A stretch of DNA of 43,939 bases from an uncultured Verrucomicrobiota bacterium (GCA_964355375.1 CAYHFE010000005.1:1-43939), one strand, 5' to 3'; numbered from the stretch's first letter, positions 26,836 through 38,903 are shown. Notes: generated from the letters alone by a model not told the origin. Program-made: numbers and translations.

Positions 26836-27932
26836 AAGACAGCCGGAGCATCTGGCGCATAGGATTGCGGGTCGCCATCGGAATGCTGCTTCTGGGCTGG
26901 ATCTTTCACGCGATCTTCATGCTGGAGGGCCGCCGCTCCTGGGTTTCGCCCAGTCCCTCTTGGGAAACTCTCGCGCGGTGGGAACAGTGGCAATTCGGCT
27001 GGACCCGCGGACCCTCGGAACTCTGGAATACCCTGAAGCTGGTTGATCCTACGGCCTTCGCCTATTCCCTGGTTGCGATGGGAATGACTCTGCTCCTCGG
27101 CGTCGTCCGCTGGCGGATGGTCCTGCGAATCCAGGGGCTTGACCTGTCGATGGCCCGGGCCCTGGAGATCTCCCTGGTCGCGCATTTCTTCAACTCGTTT
27201 CTCCTCGGCTCGACCGGGGGCGACCTGCTCAAAGCGTATTACGCCGCCCGGGAAACTCACCACAAGAAGCCCGAAGCCGTCGTCACCGTCGTCGTCGATC
27301 GCATCATCGGGCTGTTCGCGATGCTGTTGTTCGCCTGCCTGATGATGCTGCCCAACTGGCAGATGCTCTCCCGACATCGCCCTCTCGCCGCCATCTCGTG
27401 GATGGTCTTCGCTTTGATGTCCGGCTGCGGGATATTCGTGCTGCTCTCCTTCTGGGGCGGAGTCTCGCGGCCATGGCCCCAAGCCCGGGCCTGGATGCGC
27501 CGACTGCCCAAGGGCGACGTTTTGGAACGGGCTCTTGATGCCTCGCGGCAATTTGGCAAACACCCGCTCTTCTTGGTCAAGATGCTCCTCATTTCCATGG
27601 CCGTGAATGTGTTTTGCGTTCTGCACATCATGACCCTGGCGTGGGGCATGAAGCTGAGCATCCCGCCCATGGCGCTGTTCGTCATCGTCCCCGTCATCGT
27701 CTGCCTATCGGCCCTGCCCATTTCCCCCAGCGGCATCGGCGTCCGGGAGAATCTCTATGTCCTCATGCTCGGTGTGAAAGAAATCAACGTGGACGCCACC
27801 GCGGCTCTTTCGCTGTCGCTCCTCGCCTATGCCGGCTTTCTCTCCTGGAGTATCTTGGGAGGCATGGTTTATGTCAGCCGCCGTGAACGAGATCGATTGC
27901 GGGAGATCGCCGAGTCCGGCGCCGCGCCTTGA
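26832..27932 (+). CDS. Lysylphosphatidylglycerol synthase TM-region (flippase-like, UPF0104) protein
   Basis: GTGA overlap; RWRMVL, FFNSFLLGSTGGDLLK, DRIIGL and LPISPSGIGVRE motifs. Confidence 0.88.
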   Translation: MKDSRSIWRIGLRVAIGMLLLGWIFHAIFMLEGRRSWVSPSPSWETLARWEQWQFGWTRGPSELWNTLKLVDPTAFAYSLVAMGMTLLLGVVRWRMVLRIQGLDLSMARALEISLVAHFFNSFLLGSTGGDLLKAYYAARETHHKKPEAVVTVVVDRIIGLFAMLLFACLMMLPNWQMLSRHRPLAAISWMVFALMSGCGIFVLLSFWGGVSRPWPQARAWMRRLPKGDVLERALDASRQFGKHPLFLVKMLLISMAVNVFCVLHIMTLAWGMKLSIPPMALFVIVPVIVCLSALPISPSGIGVRENLYVLMLGVKEINVDATAALSLSLLAYAGFLSWSILGGMVYVSRRERDRLREIAESGAAP

Positions 27933-28022
27933 ATCCCCCAAATCGGCGGCCCGACCAGCTCAGGATTCGAGCGGAAAGTTCTTCCGGGAAGCCGATGGGT
28001 CGATAACTTGGTTGTTCCACCG

Positions 28023-29357
28023 ATGACACCTCTGCCCGAACTCGCCACCAGAATCGTCCAACGCCTCCAAGGCGCGGGCTTTGTCGCCTTTTGGGTCGGA
28101 GGATGTGTTCGCGACGCTCTACTCGGACGCGTCCCCGACGACTACGACATCGCCACCTCGGCCACGCCTTCGGAGATTGAAGCGCTCTTTGTCCGAACCA
28201 TCCCGGTCGGAAGACAGTTTGGGGTGCTGTTGGTCATGGAAGAAGGTCGGCCTTTTCAAGTCGCGACGTTCCGAGCAGACGCCGACTACCACGACGGACG
28301 CCATCCCTCTCAGGTCACTTTTGGCAGTGCCCTGGCCGATGCCCAACGGCGCGATTTCACCGTCAACGGACTGTTTTATGATCCGGTCGCCGATCGCCTG
28401 CACGATTGGGTCGGTGGCGAGATCGATCTGAAGGCGAAAGTGCTCCGAACCATCGGTGCCCCGGCCGAACGATTTGCCGAAGACCATCTCCGATTGCTTC
28501 GGGCGGTCCGCTTTGCCGCCCAACTGGGCTTTTCCCTCGAGGATGCGACCCTATCCGCCTTGCGGGAGCACAGCGCGGACATCGGCACGGTCAGCGCGGA
28601 ACGGGTTCGCGATGAACTGCTCAAGCTCTTTCGCCCGCCTCACGCGGCCCGCGGGCTCAACCTCCTTCGGCTCAGCGGCCTGATGCCTCATGTCCTTCCC
28701 GAATTGGTCGCGACGATCGCGTGCGAGCAGTCGCCGGACTTTCATCCGGAAGGTTCGGTCTATAACCATATCGCCCGCATGCTGGATCAACTGCCGGCGG
28801 AGGCGCCGCCGTCGTTGCCTTGGACGGTCTTGCTTCATGACATCGCCAAGCCGCAGACGGCCTCTCGGGACGAAGCCACCGGACGAATTCATTTTTACGG
28901 CCACGAAAAGGTGGGCGCCGACGTCGCCGAGCGAGTCCTCCAACGCCTGCGGTTTCCGCGGAAGCAAATTGAGGAAATTGTGGCTTGCGTGAATCAACAC
29001 ATGCAATTCAAGGACGTGCCTCAAATGCGCCAAGCGACTTTGCGCCGACTCCTTCTGCGCCCGACATTCTCTCTGGAGCTAGAGTTGCACCGACTGGATT
29101 GCCTCGGATCCCACGGACGGCTCGATCACTACGATTTTCTCGTGCGACAGTCCGAGGAAATGGCTCGCCAGCCTGAACTCAAGCCGCCGTTGCTCACGGG
29201 TCATGACCTGATCGCCCTTGGGATGAAGCCAGGCCCAGCCCTGGGAGTGTTGCTCGCCGAAATTCGGGAAAAGCAGTTGCAGGGCGATCTGACCAACGGA
29301 CCGGATGCCCGGGCCTGGGCTCGACAAAGAATCGGCGGCGATCCGCCCCCAATCTGA
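28023..29357 (+). CDS. cca: CCA-adding tRNA nucleotidyltransferase / poly(A) polymerase family with HD-like domain
   Basis: VGGCVRD...DYDIAT, DAQRRDFTVN, EDHLRLLRAVRF, SAERVRDEL and LLHDIAKP motifs. Confidence 0.88.
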   Translation: MTPLPELATRIVQRLQGAGFVAFWVGGCVRDALLGRVPDDYDIATSATPSEIEALFVRTIPVGRQFGVLLVMEEGRPFQVATFRADADYHDGRHPSQVTFGSALADAQRRDFTVNGLFYDPVADRLHDWVGGEIDLKAKVLRTIGAPAERFAEDHLRLLRAVRFAAQLGFSLEDATLSALREHSADIGTVSAERVRDELLKLFRPPHAARGLNLLRLSGLMPHVLPELVATIACEQSPDFHPEGSVYNHIARMLDQLPAEAPPSLPWTVLLHDIAKPQTASRDEATGRIHFYGHEKVGADVAERVLQRLRFPRKQIEEIVACVNQHMQFKDVPQMRQATLRRLLLRPTFSLELELHRLDCLGSHGRLDHYDFLVRQSEEMARQPELKPPLLTGHDLIALGMKPGPALGVLLAEIREKQLQGDLTNGPDARAWARQRIGGDPPPI

Positions 29358-29374
29358 TCGGCGACGCCCCACTT

Positions 29375-29662
29375 TCATGAACCAGGGTGGGGCGAGACTC
29401 CGTCGAGCCCTGACTTTCCTGACCGCCAAGATTCCGGGGCTCGACGGCGTTTCGCCCCTCCGTGGAAACGAGTGCAGGATCTCAATGCGTGCGCGAAGCG
29501 GGTCGAAGCTTTCCATGAACTTGGGTGGGGTGAGACTCCGTCGAACCCTGATTGTTCTGTCGGTCCATATTCCAGGGCTCGACGGAGTCTCGCCCCACCG
29601 TTGGATGGGTTCATGGCCCCGATTCACGTCCAATCGTTGGAGGTGTTCCCTTCCCATGAATC
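29375..29662. repeat. Mosaic repeat cluster: two GGTGGGG...CCCCACC palindromes alternating with about 50-bp GGTTCATGG...CCATGAAC units
   Basis: Palindromes at 29386..29461 and 29524..29599; units at about 29470..29520 (degenerate) and 29608..29662. Confidence 0.8.
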
Positions 29663-29793
29663 CCCCATCCCTTTGTGGGATACCACTTCGCATGAAAATA
29701 ACGGGCATTGGTACACAACGACTTGCTCCTACTTTCGGGGTAACCGGAGCGTGGCTTGGTCGTCCGCGAACCAGCCGCGCTCACCCCAAATCC

Positions 29794-29809
29794 TGGCACG
29801 AACATTGCA
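29794..29809 (+). promoter_or_regulatory. sigma54 (RpoN) -24/-12 promoter
   Basis: TGGCACGAACATTGCA is an exact match to TGGCACG-N4-TTGCW, is intergenic, and points toward the CDS at 30010. Confidence 0.75.
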
Positions 29810-30009
29810 AGCATTTTCGCCATGGGAAGGTACGTTCACGACCATCTACCCCACGGTGTCCCCGAAACTGTTGTCGTAGGCCACAGGAACGAGTGGGACC
29901 GCTCTCTCTCGCCCAAGACGAGAACGAACGGCCCCATCCGGCTGAAGATGATGGCAGACACCACCGGGCGCACAGCCTCGGTCGAGAGAACCCGCCGAGA
30001 AGAACCAGG

Positions 30010-31320
30010 ATGAAACGGATCCACCACACGATTCGCACCCAAGCATTGGATGCAACCGATCGCCGATCGTCTGGCCGCAAGAATTGGCTCCTGCTAACCC
30101 TGTTCGCGATGACGGCAATTCTATTGGCGTTTTCACCCCCATTGAGGAGGCTGATCTCCACGACCACTGCGGGCTGGGCGATTAAGCCACCCTCCACCCC
30201 CATGGTTGCATCCAAGTCGGGTCCCCACCCGTGGGGGGATCTCGAGTCGGAAGTCCTCATGTTGGAAGCGCCCACCGAGTATCTTTCGGACCGCCGGTTT
30301 GTCGCGGCGAAGCTCGATTGGTTTCTGCCTCCGAGCGCTTTCCTCCGTTTCCGGGATCAACTCCCCTCGTATGACCTGACGGCTGAAGAGCGGGCCGTGC
30401 TGAGTGACGAATCCCGATGGAAAACCAATTCGAGCGGGTTCTATTTCGCACCCGCCCGGGAATTGCTCCTTGGCCTAAACGCTCACGCCCGTCAGCAGAT
30501 TCATTCCTTCCTGGGGCAATTCCGGGAAAACGTCTATCAGAATCTCCCCTTTAGATACCCTCAAGGGACCGCCGAGCCATGGCTTGCGGATAGCGGCCTC
30601 CAAGCGGAAACCCAAAACCTGGTGAAGCGTTGCCTTTACCAACGAGGTCCGACTCTTTGCTTCTCCGATATGGCCATCCTCGAGAACACGCCCGTCGAAG
30701 AGTACCGCCGCGTTTTGAAGTGCCTGACTCGAACCCGAACCGTCTTCCTGCAACTGCGAGTGACGCCTTTATCGGACGTGAACGCTCTCGTGCAATACTG
30801 GGGCAAGAAGGAAACCACCCGACGAATTCGGCCGCTCTTGGAGTCTCTGGCCAAAACCCCTGATGGCGGCACGCTCGATGTGACGCATCTCCTTCCAGCC
30901 TTTGCTCGAGAACGGCTTCTCAGTTTTCCGGATAGCTCCGACCGTCGTGAATGTTCCCTCCAGAACTGCCTTTGGACCGCATTGAATTTCTTCAATGACC
31001 CGCCCGATGATCGATTCGCCGATGTCAATTACGCCAAGGAATTCCTGCGACGTGAATATGATCTTTATCAAGGCGAACCAACCTACGGTGATTTGGTGGC
31101 ACTGAAAAACTCACGGGGCGACCTGGTGCATTGGTGTGTTTATATCGCCGCCGACGTCGTTTTCACAAAGAACGGAGGGCACGTGTTGCAGCCTTGGGTT
31201 CTGATGTCTCTGTCCGACGTGGTAGCCCAGTATGGCTTGGACGAACCGGTGAAGGTCGTGATCTTCCGTGGCAAGAGCTGGAACATGACGGCGGTAAGTC
31301 GCGCTGCGCCCGATGGCTGA
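30010..31320 (+). CDS. Membrane-anchored hypothetical protein with a C-terminal papain/NlpC-P60-like Cys-His motif set
   Basis: N-terminal TM (WLLLTLFAMTAILLAFS); QNCLWTALNFF ... GDLVAL ... VHWCVYIA ... FTKNG. Confidence 0.7.
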   Translation: MKRIHHTIRTQALDATDRRSSGRKNWLLLTLFAMTAILLAFSPPLRRLISTTTAGWAIKPPSTPMVASKSGPHPWGDLESEVLMLEAPTEYLSDRRFVAAKLDWFLPPSAFLRFRDQLPSYDLTAEERAVLSDESRWKTNSSGFYFAPARELLLGLNAHARQQIHSFLGQFRENVYQNLPFRYPQGTAEPWLADSGLQAETQNLVKRCLYQRGPTLCFSDMAILENTPVEEYRRVLKCLTRTRTVFLQLRVTPLSDVNALVQYWGKKETTRRIRPLLESLAKTPDGGTLDVTHLLPAFARERLLSFPDSSDRRECSLQNCLWTALNFFNDPPDDRFADVNYAKEFLRREYDLYQGEPTYGDLVALKNSRGDLVHWCVYIAADVVFTKNGGHVLQPWVLMSLSDVVAQYGLDEPVKVVIFRGKSWNMTAVSRAAPDG

Positions 31321-31450
31321 CCTTTCGAACCCTCTCGTGTCGTTCGACGGCTGACGTCTTCCTCGCCAGTTGAGAGATCAACCGAGAGCTCGCGGGAGTT
31401 GACAGCGCATCGGATTGACGGGACCCTCTCGCTCTGAACTGTTGGATCGT

Positions 31451-31621
31451 ATGGAATTTGTCTATCTCGCGGCCGTCGTCGTGGTGTGGTATGCCCTGCA
31501 AAAGTGGATCCTGCCCAAATTGGGCTTTCGGACCTGACTATCCGGTCAATGCTCGGTCGAGCAGCCCAAAACCAAGTCCGAAACAGACAAAGCAGAGGTT
31601 TCCGAAGAGACGCCCAAGTAG
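31451..31621 (+). CDS. Small single-TM candidate selenoprotein (56 aa, Sec29, U-x4-C)
   Basis: MEFVYLAAVVVVWYALQKWILPKLGFRT-U-LSGQCSVEQPKTKSETDKAEVSEETPK. The in-frame TGA at 31535-31537 is followed by a SECIS-like hairpin, and the frame stays open to TAG at 31619-31621. Confidence 0.7.
31544..31566 (+). promoter_or_regulatory. Bacterial SECIS-like hairpin
   Basis: GGU-CAA-UGCUC-GGUC-GAGCA-GCC: a 5-bp upper stem with a GGUC apical loop at +21..+24 from the U of UGA. Confidence 0.65.
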
Positions 31622-31661
31622 ATTTCTCCTTTCGTGTCCCGCCGCCCGCTGAGCGGAGCTA

Positions 31662-32627
31662 TCACTTGGGGAGCCACTTCTCCCAGTTCTTCGCGAAGGC
31701 CTCCACATTTTGTTTCGTCACCGCCGTCAACGGCGTCGTGTCCATGAGATCAGACGGGCTCTTCTTCAAGTGCAATTTATTGATGAGGTGCTGCACCGAA
31801 CGGTAGCCGTAGCCGTACACATCTTGAGACAACAACATCTGCACATGCCCGCTGCGGACGTAGGGCAACTGTTGGGGTAAGGCGTCCACGGAGACACATT
31901 TGATCGTGCCCGGAGTCCATTTCAACGCGTTGTCGGTAAAGAGCGGCCAGCCGCCCAGCAATCCCCAACCGCTGATGTCGGGATTGGCCTGCATGACTTG
32001 CTCGATTCTGGCAACCGCGTCCTGGGGCGTTTCTTTGTGGTAATAAATATCGCGCAAGATGATTTCCGGATACTTCTTCGCCGCCGCCCGAAATCCCGCC
32101 GCCCGCTGCTGCAAGTTGGACGCGTTCGGATTGCCATCAATCGCGGCCACCACGCCTTTGCCGTTCATCAGCTTGGCCAACGCCTCCAAAGTCTGCGCAC
32201 CGCATTGGTAGTCATCAATGCCCAAGGCGACAAAACGCCGGCTCTTGGCCGCGTCTCCCGAGAACGTGACCACGGGGACGCCCTGCTTCACCGCTTTGTC
32301 AATGGCGTCGGTCAGCTTGTTGGCGTCCGAGCAGCTCACGATGATCCCATCCGTCCCGCCGAGGAGAAGTTGTTCGATAAACTCGGCCTGCTTTTGCGCG
32401 TCTTCCTCATTGGGAGTGCGCCAATCGATCTTGATTTTGATGCCCAACTGCGCGCCGAGCTCCCGGGCCGCGTCGTTGGCCCCGGCGTGGGCCGCCTCAA
32501 AAAACGGGTTCCCCTGCGACTTGGCCACCAGGCCGAGGGTGTAGCTCTTCTGGGTCTGGGCGGAGCGGGCGGAGACGACGGTGAAGAGCAAGGCCAAGCT
32601 GGAACAAATTCGGACCACGGTGATCAT
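31662..32627 (-). CDS. Periplasmic sugar-binding protein (Peripla_BP_4), with no adjacent transporter
   Basis: Signal peptide; AKSQGNPFF, IDKAVKQGVPVVTF, LGIDDY and VSVDALP motifs. Confidence 0.88.
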   Translation of the reverse strand: MITVVRICSSLALLFTVVSARSAQTQKSYTLGLVAKSQGNPFFEAAHAGANDAARELGAQLGIKIKIDWRTPNEEDAQKQAEFIEQLLLGGTDGIIVSCSDANKLTDAIDKAVKQGVPVVTFSGDAAKSRRFVALGIDDYQCGAQTLEALAKLMNGKGVVAAIDGNPNASNLQQRAAGFRAAAKKYPEIILRDIYYHKETPQDAVARIEQVMQANPDISGWGLLGGWPLFTDNALKWTPGTIKCVSVDALPQQLPYVRSGHVQMLLSQDVYGYGYRSVQHLINKLHLKKSPSDLMDTTPLTAVTKQNVEAFAKNWEKWLPK

Positions 32628-32759
32628 GGGCCGGAATCTACCGGAGCCGCTTCCGTTCCGCGAGCCTTAACACTGGTCGTCGTGCGCCCTTTTCGTTGCG
32701 CTTTCCGAGGCAAGGAGCGATGCTCGCCCCCACGGAACGGCCCGAATCAATGAAACCCG

Positions 32760-32959
32760 CTTAACCATGACACTTCTGTTGAAATGGGTGGAACGGCCAA
32801 CTTGGCCGTTCTCGGCGGCAACTTGCCGCCGAGTCTGGCCCGGTAATTGGACTCACCGTTCGGTGAGACTTTTGCCTTCAGAGCCTGCGGGCTGGTAGCC
32901 CGCAGGAACGGGCAAGTTGCCCGTTCCACCCTGAACCCAACTGAATTGACACCGCTTAG
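32760..32959. mobile_element. Shell-type element carrying the GGGTGGAACGG core (32786..32931)
   Basis: CTTAA-CCATGACACTTCTGTTG ... CAACTGAATTGACACCG-CTTAG (12 of 17 complementary). The core is an inverted homologue of 5879..6023. Confidence 0.78.
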
Positions 32960-32970
32960 GCTTCCCGGTC

Positions 32971-34428
32971 ATGTCCTTCGCCTCGCTCGTCTTCTTCCTC
33001 TTTCTGCCCACCGTCTTTGCCCTTCATTACGCGGGACGCGGTCGGCGCTGGCAAAACACGGTTTTGCTGATCTCGAGTTATGTGTTTTACGGGTGGTGGG
33101 ATTATCGGTTCTGCGGATTGATGCTTTTCGCATCACTGCTCGATTATTCGATCGGACGAGCGATGGGACGAACCCAAGGACGCACACCCCGGCGGGTCCT
33201 CCTCGGCTTAACCCTGCTGAGCAATCTCGGGCTGCTCGGGTTTTTCAAATATTTTAACTTTTTCACCGACAGCTTTGCCCTCGCCCTGTCAGCCTTGGGG
33301 GTCAACGTCAACACCTCGACTCTCAATATCGTCCTGCCGGTCGGCATCAGCTTCTACACCTTTCAGACGTTGAGTTACACGCTCGACATTTATCGCGGCC
33401 AGATCCAGCCGCGCCAGGATCTGCTCGACTACCTGACCTTTGTCTCGTTCTTTCCCCAGTTGGTCGCGGGCCCCATCGAACGAGCCACCCACCTGCTCCC
33501 GCAGTTCGCCACTGCCCGATCGTTTTCGGCGGAAACGGCGATCGCAGGCAGCCGCCTGATTCTCTGGGGGTTGATCAAGAAGATGGTCCTCGCGGACAAC
33601 CTGGGCGGCATCGTTGAAGACGTTTTTGTTCAAGTGCGGACCGCGAGCGGAGCGGAGCTGGCGTGGGCGACCGTCTGCTTCGCGTTTCAAATTTATTGCG
33701 ACTTCTCGGCCTATTCGGACATCGCGACCGGCATCGCCAACTTGTTTGGCATTCGCTTGATGAGGAACTTCGCCTATCCCTATTTCTCGCAAAGCCTGAC
33801 GGAATTCTGGCGACGCTGGCACATCTCGCTCTCCACCTGGTTTCGCGATTATGTCTTTATCCCCCTCGGGGGAAGCCGGGGCGCGCTGGGTCGAGTCATC
33901 GGCACGATCATGGCGACCTTCCTCTTGAGCGGCCTTTGGCATGGCGCGGCGTGGCATTTCGTGGCTTGGGGGGCGTGGCACGGATTGGGTCTGGTCTTGG
34001 AGCGCTGGCTGAAAACAGGAGCTCGGGCGCTCTCCTCGACCTGGGTTCCCGGCGGTGATTCGCTGATCCCGAGCCTCCGGGCCTTTGGAGGGATGATCCG
34101 GACATTCTTCCTCGTGTGCGCCGGCTGGGTTTTATTCCGTGTGGATTCGCTGACCGACGCGCTCGACATTTACCGCCGCATCGGCAGTCAAATCGTCAGG
34201 GCCGCCTTCTACGTCCGCTTAGGACAGTTGGGATGGCAGCATGGCGCGATTCTGGCGGGGTTGGCCAGCCTCATCCTTGTGGAATGGTTCGGCCGCCGCC
34301 ACTGGAATCCAGTTCGTTTCGAGCGGTTTCCCCAAGCGCTGCGATGGTTCCTCTATACGGCGTTATTCTGGGGAATTCTTTATTGCGGAACGCGCCGCTC
34401 GGCGGACTTCATCTACTTTCAGTTCTGA
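32971..34428 (+). CDS. MBOAT O-acyltransferase (AlgI/PatA/DltB-like)
   Basis: LPVGISFYTFQ, FFPQLVAGPIER, YCDFSAYSDIA, EFWRRWHISLSTWFRDY, SGLWHG and the terminal FIYFQF. Confidence 0.95.
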   Translation: MSFASLVFFLFLPTVFALHYAGRGRRWQNTVLLISSYVFYGWWDYRFCGLMLFASLLDYSIGRAMGRTQGRTPRRVLLGLTLLSNLGLLGFFKYFNFFTDSFALALSALGVNVNTSTLNIVLPVGISFYTFQTLSYTLDIYRGQIQPRQDLLDYLTFVSFFPQLVAGPIERATHLLPQFATARSFSAETAIAGSRLILWGLIKKMVLADNLGGIVEDVFVQVRTASGAELAWATVCFAFQIYCDFSAYSDIATGIANLFGIRLMRNFAYPYFSQSLTEFWRRWHISLSTWFRDYVFIPLGGSRGALGRVIGTIMATFLLSGLWHGAAWHFVAWGAWHGLGLVLERWLKTGARALSSTWVPGGDSLIPSLRAFGGMIRTFFLVCAGWVLFRVDSLTDALDIYRRIGSQIVRAAFYVRLGQLGWQHGAILAGLASLILVEWFGRRHWNPVRFERFPQALRWFLYTALFWGILYCGTRRSADFIYFQF

Positions 34429-34434
34429 TTTCCG

Positions 34435-35397
34435 ATGAAACGCTTTTGCCTCCAAGTCGCGGCTTTTGGCTCGCTCCAACTCCTCCTCTTCACCGCTCTC
34501 GTCCGGCACCACGACGTTGCCGACGAAACCAATTACCTGGCTGAAACCGCGGAGAAACATCGGCGGCTGGCCCAGATTCCGTCTCCGAAGATCATTGTCA
34601 CCGGAGGTTCCAATGTTCCATTCGGCCTCCAATCCGATCGTCTGGAGAAAGCGCTGAAAATCCCGGTGGTGAACATGGGCCTCGCGGCGGGTGTGGGCCT
34701 TGATTTCATGTTGCGTGAACTCGAGGGTGGTTTGCGCGCGGGTGATTGGGTGGTGTTGAGCCTGGAGTATGACCGCTTCGGCGGCGGGTTTGACTCGGCC
34801 ATTCTCCAACAGATCCTGCAGTATCGGCCGGCCCACGTCTTTGCTCTCGAAATGAAGCACGTCCGCACGGTGCTGTTGGACCGCGGACTGAACATTCTCG
34901 GCGCGATCGTCCGCAGCTCCTTCCACTCGCTCACGACTCGCCCAGGCACGACCGACGGTGTGACGGCGTCCGCGCGCCGCGGATTCAATCCTTGGGGCGA
35001 CCTGACGGTCCATTATGGCCATCCGCCACGGATCACCGCCGACCAGGCCAATCGCGGAAAGCTCTTGCCCGATCGCCGGAGTTACCCGAGTGCCGGGGTG
35101 CTGGCGCGGCTGAACGAGTTCGCCCGACAATGTCACGCCCGTGGTGTTCGTTTTGCTTTTTCCTTCCCGCCCCACTCTCCCGGACCGTTGGCGGAGAATG
35201 CCGCGGCGGTATCGCAAATCGAGTCGGCGCTGAAACAGATTCCTCACCTGACGATCCTTGACTCGCCGCTCGATCAGACTTACGCCCCCGAATTGTTCTA
35301 TGATACCGGCTATCACCTGGGCGAAGCCGGGGCGCGACAACGCTCGGAGAAGCTCGCGGCGTCGCTGCAACGGGCCTTCCTCGCTCAGCCCCGTTAG
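34435..35397 (+). CDS. SGNH/DltD-like periplasmic acyltransferase partner
   Basis: Six bp after the MBOAT gene; N-terminal anchor; IIVTGGSN, VVNMGL, LSLEY and FYDTGYHL motifs. Confidence 0.7.
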   Translation: MKRFCLQVAAFGSLQLLLFTALVRHHDVADETNYLAETAEKHRRLAQIPSPKIIVTGGSNVPFGLQSDRLEKALKIPVVNMGLAAGVGLDFMLRELEGGLRAGDWVVLSLEYDRFGGGFDSAILQQILQYRPAHVFALEMKHVRTVLLDRGLNILGAIVRSSFHSLTTRPGTTDGVTASARRGFNPWGDLTVHYGHPPRITADQANRGKLLPDRRSYPSAGVLARLNEFARQCHARGVRFAFSFPPHSPGPLAENAAAVSQIESALKQIPHLTILDSPLDQTYAPELFYDTGYHLGEAGARQRSEKLAASLQRAFLAQPR

Positions 35398-35524
35398 CCT
35401 GCCTTGAAAGCAGAAGGCGCCGCGCCGAGACTCACTTATTTCCGACTCAAGGCGGCCGACTTCATCGAGTATCAGAGTTCCGTTACGCGACTCCTCCCGG
35501 AGAAAGGACCTCAAAAACAGGCTC
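35395..35524. mobile_element. Degenerate MITE, family A (130 bp)
   Basis: TAGCCTGCCTTGAAA ... AAAAACAGGCTC; colinear with 9251..9382 (CAGAAG, CTCACTT, ATCAGAGT, CGACTCCTCC). Confidence 0.7.
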
Positions 35525-35591
35525 CAAGGTCACGCGTTTCGGGATCGCGTCCGGATCAACCGGCGACCCCAAGCTCCTCGCGGCCATCCGT

Positions 35592-38795
<3,204 letters not shown>

Positions 38796-38903
38796 TTTCT
38801 CCTCCTCACGATGTGAATCTGCTTCCCGGACATGGCTCGAGAGTAGCCGCGCGCGCCGACCCGGGCAAGGCGGAATCAGGAAGAAGACGCGCGCCGGACC
38901 CAA

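Noticed and set aside
29375-29662. Repeat-spacer-like pattern suggesting a CRISPR array
   Set aside because: The units are long inverted-repeat pairs that also occur dispersed in the window. There are only two, they lack constant spacing, and no cas genes are present.
29305-30009. N-terminal extension of the 30010 protein through the repeat mosaic
   Set aside because: It overlaps cca and spans the predicted sigma54 promoter, and a good ATG precedes the TM segment. Unlike the three leader cases, it does not require translation through the repeat.
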